Positions 1 through 12,700 of a stretch of DNA of 50,504 nt are shown here, in pieces. Origin of the DNA: Nemertoderma westbladi. Taxonomy: Eukaryota; Animalia; Xenacoelomorpha. The stretch covers positions 1 to 50,504 of the forward strand of contig JAUCBJ010002482.1 in assembly GCA_032718475.1 (NCBI GenBank). Reading direction: 5' to 3'. A program made the translations under genes and the position numbers. Under the pieces are notes generated by a model. The model was given only the letters and a program-made list of their open reading frames with translations. It was not told where the DNA came from and did not search any database. How positions within the stretch are numbered: the stretch's first letter is position 1; each line of letters opens with the position of its first letter.

Positions 1-399
1 CATACACACGGACTGGTTTTGGGTGCCTCAGGTAAGGAGGATTGATTGCATTAGTTTAGTGTCCGTCTTCCACCTATCCCCCCCTACACACGGACTGGTT
101 TTGGGTGGCCTCAGGTAAGGAGGATTGATTGCATTAGTTTCTAGTGTCCGTCTTCCACCTACTCCCCCTACACACGGACTGGTTTTGGGTGCCCTCAGGT
201 AAGGAGGATTGATTGCATTAGTTTTAGTGTCCGTCTTCCACCTACTCCCCCTACACACGGACTGGTTTTGGGTGCCTCAGGTAAGGAGGATTGATTGCAT
301 TAGTTTAGTGTCCGTCTTCCACCTACTCCCCTACACACGGACTGGTTTTGGGTGCCTCAGGTAAGGAGGATTGATTGCGTTACTTTAGTGTCCGTCTTA
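1..399 (+). repeat. 80-84-bp tandem repeat (about 5 copies, cut by the window edge) containing an exon end and a splice donor
   Basis: Unit ...cttccacctactccccctacacacggactggttttgggtgcctcag|gtaaggaggattgattgcattagtttagtgtccgt. Confidence 0.9.
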
Positions 400-634
400 C
401 AACGCTATGCTCATTACCCTGTTGGACTTACAGAGTTAGTAGCTGTTCTATTTATTATATGGTCATATTCGATTTGAATAGCTCCATCTGTTGCATGTGA
501 TTAAATATTTCGGAACTTTCCCAGTGAACAAACTAACGAACACAAAAAATGTTTATTTTTATTTATCTCTGTGTAATTTTATATATTTATTTATGCCACC
601 CCCCCCCCCCCCCCCCCCCCCCTCCCTTATACAG

Positions 635-765
635 GTAATTACACCCCAGGTTCCGTAGTCCACTACGGATGTTCTTTTGGTATGCAACCTGTTGGGGATA
701 CAGTTACAGAATGCGGTAACAATGGTCAATGGGCCGAGGTCAAATACAGTTGCATTGAGGAAGAA
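635..765 (+). CDS. Exon of giant CCP/LDLa gene (second half of a CCP)
   Basis: Poly-C tract then acag|gt at 634/635; reads (G)NYTPGSVVHYGCSFGMQPVGDTVTECGNNGQWAEVKYSCIEEE; gtgagt donor at 766. Not in the ORF track. Confidence 0.88.
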
Positions 766-3700
766 GTGAGTTAAACGATACAACAACAACAAATAATAAT
801 GGTTTAACGAGTTATTTATATCAGCGCGAAGTTAAAAATTAAGGTTACACTTCCGTATTTCTATCCAACTAAATATATTATTGTTATAGCATATTCAGGG
901 CCAATCTAACTCTGGTCAGAGCGGCCCTGGGCAGTCTCCGCAGGTTGAATGTATCCCTCCGAACTTAAAAGTGGAGCGTGGTAAACTGCTGACGAAAACT
1001 ACGGAGACGTCGTATAGGGAAGGTGCGAAGATGGATGTGGGATGTATTGAAGGTAAGTTAACAGAGACAAGGAAGGTACAAAGATTGATGTGGGATGTGT
1101 TGAAGGTAAGTTACAGAGACGAGGAAGGTACAAAGATTGATGTGGGATGTGTTGAAGGTAAGTTACAGAGACAAGGAAGGTACAAAGATTGATGTGGGAT
1201 GTGTTGAAGATAAGTTACAGAGACAATGAAGGTACAAAGATTGATGTGGGATGTGTTGAAGGTAAGTTACAGAGACAAGGAAGGTACAAAGATTGATGTG
1301 GGATGTGTTGAAGATAAGTTACAGAGACAATCAAGGTACAAAGATTGATGTGGGATGTGTTGAAGGTAAGTTACAGAGACAAGGAAGGTACAAAGATTGA
1401 TGTGGGATGTGTTGAAGGTAAGTTACAGAGACAAGGAAGGTACAAAGATTGATGTGGGATGTGTTGAAGGTAAGTTACAGAGACAATCAAGGTACAAAGA
1501 TTGATGTGGGATGTGTTGAAGGTAAGTTACAGAGACAAGGAAGGTACAAAGATTGATGTGGGATGTGTTGAAGGTAAGTTAACAGAGACAAGGAAGGTAC
1601 AAAGATTGATGTGGGATGTGTTGAAGATAAGTTACAGAGACAAGCAAGGTACAAAGATTGATGTGGGATGTGTTGAAGGTAAGTTAACAGAGACAAGGAA
1701 GGTACAAAGATTGATGTGGGATGTGTTGAAGGTAAGTTACAGAGACAAGGAAGGTACAAAGATTGATGTGGGATGTGTTGAAGGTAAGTTAACAGAGACA
1801 AGGAAGGTACAAAGATTGATGTGGGATGTGTTGAAGGTAAGTTACAGAGACAAGGAAGGTACAAAGATTGATGTGGGATGTGTTGAAGATAAGTTACAGA
1901 GACAATCAAGGTACAAAGATTGATGTGGGATGTGTTGAAGGTAAGTTAACAGAGACAAGGAAGGTACAAAGATTGATGTGGGATGTGTTGAAGATAAGTT
2001 ACAGAGACAATCAAGGTACAAAGATTGATGTGGGATGTGTTGAAGGTAAGTTAACAGAGACAAGGAAGGTACAAAGATTGATGTGGGATGTGTTGAAGAT
2101 AAGTTACAGAGACAATCAAGGTACAAAGATTGATGTGGGATGTGTTGAAGGTAAGTTACAGAGACAAGGAAGGTACAAAGATTGATGTGGGATGTGTTGA
2201 AGGTAAGTTACAGAGACAAGGAAGGTACAAAGATTGATGTGGGATGTGTTGAAGGTAAGTTAACAGAGACAAGGAAGGTACAAAGATTGATGTGGGATGT
2301 GTTGAAGATAAGTTACAGAGACAAGGAAGGTACAAAGATTGATGTGGGATGTGTTGAAGGTAAGTTACAGAGACAAGGAAGGTACAAAGATTGATGTGGG
2401 ATGTGTTGAAGGTAAGTTAACAGAGACAAGGAAGGTACAAAGATTGATGTGGGATGTGTTGAAGGTAAGTTACAGAGACAAGGAAGGTACAAAGATTGAT
2501 GTGGGATGTGTTGAAGATACGTTACAGAGACGAGGAAGGTACAAAGATTGATGTGGGATGTGTTGAAGGTAAGTTACAGAGACGAGGAAGGTACAAAGAT
2601 TGATGTGGGATGTGTTGAAGATAAGTTACAGAGACAATCAAGGTACAAAGATTGATGTGGGATGTGTTGAAGGTAAGTTACAGAGACAAGGAAGGTACAA
2701 AGATTGATGTGGGATGTGTTGAAGATAAGTTACAGAGACAATCAAGGTACAAAGATTGATGTGGGATGTGTTGAAGGTAAGTTACAGAGACGAGGAAGGT
2801 ACAAAGATTGATGTGGGATGTGTTGAAGGTAAGTTACAGAGACGAGGAAGGTACAAAGATTGATGTGGGATGTGTTGAAGGTAAGTTACAGAGACGAGGA
2901 AGGTACAAAGATTGATGTGGGATGTGTTGAAGATAAGTTACAGAGACAATCAAGGTACAAAGATTGATGTGGGATGTGTTGAAGGTAAGTTACAGAGACA
3001 AGGAAGGTACAAAGATTGATGTGGGATGTGTTGAAGATACGTTACAGAGACAATCAAGGTACAAAGATTGATGTGGGATGTGTTGAAGGTAAGTTAACAG
3101 AGACAAGGAAGGTACAAAGATTGATGTGGGATGTGTTGAAGGTAAGTTACAGAGACAAGGAAGGTACAAAGATTGATGTGGGATGTGTTGAAGGTAAGTT
3201 ACAGAGACGAGGAAGGTACAAAGATTGATGTGGGATGTGTTGAAGGTAAGTTTACAGAGACAAGGAAGGTACAAAGATTGATGTGGGATGTGTTGAAGGT
3301 AAGTTAACAGAGACAAGGAAGGTACAAAGATTGATGTGGGATGTGTTGAAGATACGTTACAGAGACAATCAAGGTACAAAGATTGATGTGGGATGTGTTG
3401 AAGGTAAGTTAACAGAGACAAGGAAGGTACAAAGATTGATGTGGGATGTGTTGAAGATAAGTTACAGAGACAATCAAGGTACAAAGATTGATGTGGGATG
3501 TGTTGAAGGTAAGTTAACAGAGACAAGGAAGGTACAAAGATTGATGTGGGATGTGTTGAAGATACGTTACAGAGACAATCAAGGTACAAAGATTGATGTG
3601 GGATGTGTTGAAGGTAAGTTAACAGAGACAAGGAAGGTACAAAGATTGATGTGGGATGTGTTGAAGATAAGTTACAGAGACAATCAAGGTACAAAGATTG

Positions 3701-6700
3701 ATGTGGGATGTGTTGAAGGTAAGTTACAGAGACAAGGAAGGTACAAAGATTGATGTGGGATGTGTTGAAGATACGTTACAGAGACAATCAAGGTACAAAG
3801 ATTGATGTGGGATGTGTTGAAGGTAAGTTAACAGAGACAAGGAAGGTACAAAGATTGATGTGGGATGTGTTGAAGGTAAGTTACAGAGACAAGGAAGGTA
3901 CAAAGATTGATGTGGGATGTATTGAAGGTAAGTTACAGAGACGAGGAAGGTACAAAGATTGATGTGGGATGTGTTGAAGGTAAGTTTACAGAGACAAGGA
4001 AGGTACAAAGATTGATGTGGGATGTGTTGAAGGTAAGTTAACAGAGACAAGGAAGGTACAAAGATTGATGTGGGATGTGTTGAAGGTAAGTTACAGAGAC
4101 GAGGAAGGTACAAAGATTGATGTGGGATGTGTTGAAGATACGTTACAGAGACAATCAAGGTACAAAGATTGATGTGGGATGTGTTGAAGGTAAGTTAACA
4201 GAGACAAGGAAGGTACAAAGATTGATGTGGGATGTGTTGAAGATAAGTTACAGAGACAATCAAGGTACAAAGATTGATGTGGGATGTGTTGAAGGTAAGT
4301 TACAGAGACAAGGAAGGTACAAAGATTGATGTGGGATGTGTTGAAGGTAAGTTACAGAGACGAGGAAGGTACAAAGTTGATGTGGGATGTATTGAAGGTA
4401 AGTTACAGAGACAATCAAGGTACAAAGATTGATGTGGGATGTGTTGAAGGTAAGTTAACAGAGACAAGGAAGGTACAAAGATTGATGTGGAATGTGTTGA
4501 AGGTAAGTTACAGAGACGAGGAAGGTACAAAGATTGATGTGGGATGTGTTGAAGGTAAGTTACAGAGACAATCAAGGTACAAAGATTGATGTGGGATGTG
4601 TTGAAGATAAGTTACAGAGACAAGGAAGGTACAAAGATTGATGTGGGATGTGTTGAAGGTAAGTTACAGAGACAATCAAGGTACAAAGATTGATGTGGGA
4701 TGTGTTGAAGGTAAGTTAACAGAGACAAGGAAGGTACAAAGATTGATGTGGGATGTGTTGAAGGTAAGTTACAGAGACAAGGAAGGTACAAAGATTGATG
4801 TGGGATGTGTTGAAGGTAAGTTACAGAGACGAGGAAGGTACAAAGATTGATGTGGGATGTGTTGAAGGTAAGTTACAGAGACAAGGAAGGTACAAAGATT
4901 GATGTGGGATGTGTTGAAGGTAAGTTACAGAGACAAGGAAGGTACAAAGATTGATGTGGGATGTGTTGAAGGTAAGTTACAGAGACAAGGAAGGTACAAA
5001 GATTGATGTGGGATGTGTTGAAGGTAAGTTAACAGAGACAAGGAAGGTACAAAGATTGATGTGGGATGTGTTGAAGGTAAGATACAGAGACGAGGAAGGT
5101 ACAAAGATTGATGTGGGATGTGTTGAAGGTAAGTTACAGAGACAAGGAAGGTACAAAGATTGATGTGGGATGTGTTGAAGGTAAGTTAACAGAGAAAAGG
5201 AAGGTACAAAGATTGATGTGGGATGTGTTGAAGGTAAGTTACAGAGACAAGGAAGGTACAAAGATTGATGTGGGATGTGTTGAAGGTAAGTTAACAGAGA
5301 AAAGGAAGGTACAAAGATTGATGTGGGATGTGTTGAAGGTAAGTTACAGAGACGAGGAAGGTACAAAGATTGATGTGGGATGTGTTGAAGATACGTTACA
5401 GAGACAATCAAGGTACAAAGATTGATGTGGGATGTGTTGAAGGTAAGTTAACAGAGAAAAGGAAGGTACAAAGATTGATGTGGGATGTGTTGAATATAAG
5501 TTACAGAGACAAGGAAGGTACAAAGATTGATGTGGGATGTGTTGAAGGTAAGTTAACAGAGACAATCAAGGTACAAAGATTGATGTGGGATGTGTTGAAG
5601 ATAAGTTACAGAGACAATGAAGGTACAAAGATTGATGTGGGATGTGTTGAAGGTAAGTTAACAGAGACAAGGAAGGTACAAAGATTGATGTGGGATGTGT
5701 TGAAGATACGTTACAGAGACAATCAAGGTACAAAGATTGATGTGGGATGTGTTGAAGGTAAGTTAACAGAGACAAGGAAGGTACAAAGATTGATGTGGGA
5801 TGTGTTGAAGGTAAGTTAACAGAGAAAAGGAAGGTACAAAGATTGATGTGGGATGTGTTGAAGGTAAGTTAACAGAGACAAGGAAGGTACAAAGATTGAT
5901 GTGGGATGTGTTGAAGGTAAGTTACAGAGACAAGATACAAATATTGATGTGGGATGTGTTGAAGATAAGTTACAGAGACAATGAAGGTACAAAGATTGAT
6001 GTGGGATGTGTTGAAGGTAAGTTAACAGAGAAAAGGAAGGTACAAAGATTGATGTGGGATGTGTTGAAGGTAAGTTAACAGAGAAAAGGAAGGTACAAAG
6101 ATTGATGTGGGATGTGTTGAAGGTAAGTTAACAGAGACAAGGAAGGTACAAAGATTGATGTGGGATGTGTTGAAGGTAAGTTAACAGAGACAAGGAAGGT
6201 ACAAAGATTGATGTGGGATGTGTTAAAGATAAGTTACAGAGACAATCAAGGTACAAAGATTGATGTGGGATGTGTTGAAGGTAAGTTTACAGAGACAAGG
6301 AAGGTACAAAGATTGATGTGGGATGTGTTGGAGGTAAGTTTACAGAGACAAGGAAGGTACAAAGATTGATGTGGGATGTGTTGAAGGTAAGTTAACAGAG
6401 ACAAGGAAGGTACAAAGATTGATGTGGGATGTATTGAAGGTAAGTTACAGAGACAATCAAGGTACAAAGATTGATGTGGAATGTGTTGAAGGTAAGTTTA
6501 CAGAGACAAGGAAGGTACAAAGATTGATGTGGGATGTGTTGAAGGTAAGTTTACAGAGACAAGGAAGGTACAAAGATTGATGTGGGATGTGTTGAAGGTA
6601 AGTTAACAGAGACAAGGAAGGTACAAAGATTGATGTGGGACGTGTTGAAGATACGTTACAGAGACAATCAAGGTACAAAGATTGATGTGGGATGTGTTGA

Positions 6701-9700
6701 AGGTAAGTTAACAGAGACAAGGAAGGTACAAAGATTGATGTGGGATGTGTTGAAGATAAGTTACAGAGACAATCAAGGTACAAAGATTGATGTGGGATGT
6801 GTTGAAGGTAAGTTAACAGAGACAAGGAAGGTACAAAGATTGATGTGGGATGTGTTGAAGATAAGTTACAGAGACAATCAAGGTACAAAGATTGATGTGG
6901 GATGTGTTGAAGGTAAGTTAACAGAGACAAGGAAGGTACAAAGATTGATGTGGGATGTGTTGAAGATAAGTTACAGAGACAATCAAGGTACAAAGATTGA
7001 TGTGGGATGTGTTGAAGGTAAGTTAACAGAGACAAAGAAGGTACAAAGATTGATATGGGATGTGTTGAAGATAAGTTACAGAGACAATCAAGGTACAAAG
7101 ATTGATGTGGGATGTGTTGAAGGTAAGTTTACAGAGACAAGGAAGGTACAAAGATTGATGTGGGATGTGTTGAAGGTAAGTTACAGAGACAAGGAAGGTA
7201 CAAAGATTGATGTGGGATGTGTTGAAGGTAAGTTAACAGAGACAAGGAAGGTACAAAGATTGATGTGGGATGTGTTGAAGGTAAGTTACAGAGACAAGAT
7301 ACAAATATTGATGTGGGATGTGTTGAAGATAAGTTACGGAGACAATGAAGGTACAAAGATTGATGTGGGATGTGTTGAAGGTAAGTTAACAGAGAAAAGG
7401 AAGGTACAAAGATTGATGTGGGATGTGTTGAAGGTAAGTTAACAGAGAAAAGGAAGGTACAAAGATTGATGTGGGATGTGTTGAAGGTAAGTTAACAGAG
7501 ACAAGGAAGGTACAAAGATTGATGTGGGATGTGTTGAAGGTAAGTTAACAGAGACAAGGAAGGTACAAAGATTGATGTGGGATGTGTTGAAGATAAGTTA
7601 CAGAGACAATCAAGGTACAAAGATTGATGTGGGATGTGTTGAAGGTAAGTTTACAGAGACAAGGAAGGTACAAAGATTGATGTGGGATGTGTTGAAGGTA
7701 AGTTTACAGAGACAAGGAAGGTACAAAGATTGATGTGGGATATGTTGAAGGTAAGTTTACAGAGACAAGGAAGGTACAAAGATTGATGTGGGATGTGTTG
7801 AAGGTAAGTTAACAGAGACAAGGAAGGTACAAAGATTGATGTGGGATGTGTTGAAGATACGTTACAGAGACAATCAAGGTACAAAGATTGATGTGGGATG
7901 TGTTGAAGGTAAGTTAACAGAGAAAAGGAAGGTACAAAGATTGATGTGGGATGTGTTGAAGATAAGTTACAGAGACAATCAAGGTACAAAGATTGATGTA
8001 GGATCTGTTGAAGGTAAGTTAACAGAGACAAGGAAGGTACAAAGATTGATGTGGGATGTGTTGAAGATAAGTTACAGAGACAATCAAGGTACAAAGATTG
8101 ATGTGGGATGTGTTGAAGGTAAGTTAACAGAGACAAGGAAGGTACAAAGATTGATGTGGGATGTGTTGAAGATAAGTTACAGAGACAATCAAGGTACAAA
8201 GATTGATGTGGGATGTGTTGAAGGTAAGTTAACAGAGACAAGGAAGGTACAAAGATTGATGTGGGATGTGTTGAAGATAAGTTACAGAGACAATCAAGGT
8301 ACAAAGATTGATGTGGGATGTGTTGAAGGTAAGTTAACAGAGACAAGGAAGGTACAAAGATTGATATGGGATGTGTTGAAGATAAGTTACAGAGACAATC
8401 AAGGTACAAAGATTGATGTGGGATGTGTTGAAGGTAAGTTTACAGAGACAAGGAAGGTACAAAGATTGATGTGGGATGTGTTGAAGGTAAGTTACAGAGA
8501 CAAGGAAGGTACAAAGATTGATGTGGGATGTGTTGAAGGTAAGTTACAGAGACAAGGAAGGTACAAAGATTGATGTGGGATGTGTTGAAGGTAAGTTAAC
8601 AGAGACAATCAAGGTACAAAGATTGATGTGGGATGTGTTGAAGGTAAGTTACAGAGACGAGGAAGGTACAAAGATTGATGTGGGATGTGTTGAAGGTAAG
8701 TTACAGAGACGAGGAAGGTACAAAGATTGATGTGGGATGTGTTGAAGTTAAGTGAATTTCAGATGTAAGGTGCGAAGGTGGATGCGGGATGTTAATACAG
8801 TAGTGCTGACAATTACTTTATTATGTTTTTTAGGTTACCAAGTCAGAAATGCAAAGGTCACGGAGACAGTATGCACCGAAGATGGGACATGGAGTCCTGT
8901 AGATTACACGTGCGAACGGGTTAATTGTAATAGCCCACCCCCAGATGCGCCTAATAACGTGGTTATAAATGGACACCCCGAGTTGAGGCTGGTTTACAGT
9001 TGTCGTCGGGGTTGGAAGGGGGTTGCTGACATGGGTTCCGTAGAGGTTGTATGCGCCCCTGGAGGGGAGTGGGATCCGGATACCGTAACCTTGGAGTGCG
9101 AACAGAGAACGGGACCAGGGAAGGAGTGCGGTCGAGCGCCAGATCCTCCAGCACATGGGGTCATCCTAACGGATGGGTCGAAAGAAAATAGCGACACTGT
9201 CGACCATTCTGAAATATTTGCTATTATGTTATCTGGGAAACGCGGATTGTGGCAAAAATACATTAGTGGTGATGTCCTGAATTATGGCTGTGAAGATGGA
9301 TTTTCAGTCACAGGTATTAATTAAACTAAAATCATTATACCTGAGTTCTATGTATGCTATAAATAATTATGTAACTTAACATAAGGATTTAATAACACAA
9401 TGTTACTAAGGGTCAAATATTAATGGCCGATTCCTCGCTAGTGAAAATAGATTCACATAAACAATTAGCTATTATATGCGATCAATTAAATAGTTCCGCT
9501 AGCGAGATCAGAAATCCTGAGCCATAACCTGGGGACATAAATCCGGAATCCGGAAATCCGGAATTTGGTTACACTTACAACGGTTGCAATTATTTATTAT
9601 ACATTTACTTAAACTAACTATTGCAGGAACACAAACTGTGACAGGGTGCAACGAGAAAGGCCAATGGGAGATAGCCCCACAATATTCCTGCTCAGAAATC

Positions 9701-12700
9701 ATTACCACCTGCCCGATGGCACCACAACCACCACCCAATGGGCGTGTAGTACAGGGAACAAGGGGGCAGTACAATACCAATGATATGGTGACCTATGGGT
9801 GCGTTTCTGGATACCATCGAGCTAACCAATCACAAGACGAAATCAATGAGTCTGTTAACCAATCACATGTGGAGATCACAATCACCTGCACAAGACTGGG
9901 GGAGTGGGATAAACAAGTGGATTATTCCTGCGAAAAGAATACGTGCGTAACGCCCACAGTAGAGGATCAAAATGCCGTTATAATAAAAGGGAGGAATGGC
10001 AGTTACTATGTGGGGGACACAGTTGAGTATGGGTGTACGGAGGGTTATATAGTTACTGGGAGAGGCAATGTGTATCTGGAATGTGGAGAGGATAGCAAGT
10101 GGCATAACACGTTGGAGTACCGATGTCGAGCTGAAGATGATTTGTGCCGCAAGTTGCCAACATTGCCGATACACGGAGTGGTAGTTAGGTCATGGGGGTC
10201 AGATAACAGAACTACCAACGACAACAACTCTGTGAATGATACAGAACCTCTTAATAGTTCTGTCCCTGTTGTAATCCATCATATATTAAAAGAAGGGGAA
10301 TTGGGGAGTGGTGTGGAAGAAATGCCGGATTCAGTGGAACAGGCTGCTGAGTCTAGTGAAGAAAACTCTGCAGAAGATGCAGCTAATGAGTCTACTAGTA
10401 CAGAAAAACCTACAGGAATTAAAGATAACGGATTAGAACAAGAAAAACCTGGAGAACAAAAATCTGAGAAATTCCAGGAATCAGAAAAAGAAAACTCTGG
10501 AGAGGAAAAAACCAATAAAAAAGAAAACATAGAAGAGTCGCCTGATACATACGCGGTGGAAGTCAAAGCAGGGGGGATTGGCACAGCAACTCAAAGCAAA
10601 GTTGACAAGAGCAAAACAACAAATCGCAATAGAATAGCTGATATTTTTAAAGAATATACTGAAAAATCTAGAATGAAAAATGAGAATATTGAAAGGAGGA
10701 AAAAATCCAGGAGAACCGCAAGTTTAAGTGTTAAGGATCAATTATTAAACAACGAATATGAGATGCAACAGAAAATAAGACGGAGAAGACAGATTGGTCA
10801 TAGGAATATAGTAAAGACAGTTGTCATGGGATGCGATAGCGGATACAAGATTGCTAGTTCATCGAAGAGTCACGTAACAGCTACTTGTGACACAAACGGT
10901 CTCTGGGTCAATAAACCATACAGTTGTGAGCCACTACGCTGCGGCGAAATCACACAGAATCATCTCCGCATTGACGACAATTTATCCAAACTAACTTCCT
11001 ATAATCCGGGAGATGTGGTCCGATTAACTTGCGAGAAAGGTTACATGCCGCAGACTGGGACTGCCAAGCTAACCGCAAGTTGTGGTACAGATGGTGAGTG
11101 GATAGTTCCGCATATTAAATGCGTTCCAACTAGGTGCATCCTTAGAATAGGGGAAGAAGGAATGATAAAATCATCTCAAAATAAAACTATAAACAAAACC
11201 GAAGATGAGTACATGGTAGGGGAAACCATCACTGTAAACTGTGACACGGGATACCTTATTAATGGGCAGGGAAGCATCGATATTACCTGCATGAAGGACG
11301 GCAGTTGGTCGCATCCGGCATTCGTTTGCGACAAGGTGTGTTCACCACCAGCAGAGCCACCCAACAGTAATATTGCCTTACATGGAGACAGACCATTCTA
11401 TATTGAAGGAGACATCGTCACCTATGAATGCAACGATTTAGTCTACTCAGGTGAGATTATGAATGATTAAAGTAGAACTACTTGTAAGTACGCCTACCCC
11501 ATTACTGATCTGCACCACATCATATATACAGCAATAAATATATAGTTAGTACCAGGTCTCAGCCAGTATATATCTGACAGCTGGCACATATATAAGAACC
11601 ATACGCAGTCGCAGTGTGCAGTGCATATTCATATCATAACAGATAACAAGTATTCATATCCTTTCTATGTAGACACATAAGGTGCTCAACAATTATGGGG
11701 GCACCTTCTTCCAAAAACTCAGCCCCACCCTGCAATCCTACAGCTTAAAGCTCCTGGCGGACTGCAAGCAAGATCACGACCTTGTTACTATGGCAACCTC
11801 CTTGTTGGAACAAACATGAACAAACATGGATGGTGTGGTCAATAACTTTCCTTTGTCGGCTCTCCAAGGACACTTGTCTTGTGAATATCACTGAACTTAG
11901 AAAGTTTATGACTGACCAAGTGATTTGGGGCGGTTGTTTCATGGTCTGCCAGCCAGCATTGCAGTCCCACCATTCATTATGCCATTTATTAAACCATTTG
12001 TTTGTATTAATAATATTACTTTATCACTAGGCATTGCCACTATTAGTGTCTCCACCCGATGTGAGGCCAATGGACTTTGGGAACCATCAACAATCGACAT
12101 TGATTGTAGTGTCTGTATCAACCCACCTGCTCCCAAGGTTCACGCTTCAAGAATGGGAGGTAGAGTAACATTCAGACCGGGAGAATCAGCAAAGTACAGT
12201 TGCGACAAAGGTGTGTATTTTAGTGCGACAATGTATTTTAATGCGCTAACCTTTGGTATTTTAGTGCGACAATGTATTTTAATGCGCTAACCTTTGGTAT
12301 TTTAGTGCGACAATGTATTTTAATGCGCTAACATTTGGTATTTTAGTGCGACAATGTATTTTAATGCGCTAACCTATGGTATTTTAGTGCGACAATGTAT
12401 TTTAATGCGCTAACCTTTGGTATTTTAGTGCCAGAATGACATTAAATGTGAAGTGTGACTTGGCATTTTTTCCAATAATAAATAAATAAAAAAAACAACA
12501 ATAATAATATAACAACAACAAATAAATAATAAAATAACATAATAATTATGTTATGCAGGTTTCGTCCAGGTTGGGGAATCGAACAATGTGACCTGTCTGA
12601 AGGACGGCGTGTGGGGGCCGGACCCCGATTACAGATGCAAGAAATCCTGCGACCCAAGAGACACCAGTAAAGCCATCGGTGATCTTAATGTAACAGACAA

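Noticed and set aside
1-399. Alternative reading CPSSTYSPYTRTGFGCL as tandem mini-exons
   Set aside because: That frame ends in phase 2 and does not fit the phase-1 acceptor at 635, and the spacers (about 28 nt) are very short for introns; the phase-1 frame gives a proper CCP.
1487-8730. Dozens of ORFs on both strands in the 52-bp array
   Set aside because: By-products of 52+53=105-bp periodicity; the flanking exons join across the array into an intact CCP.
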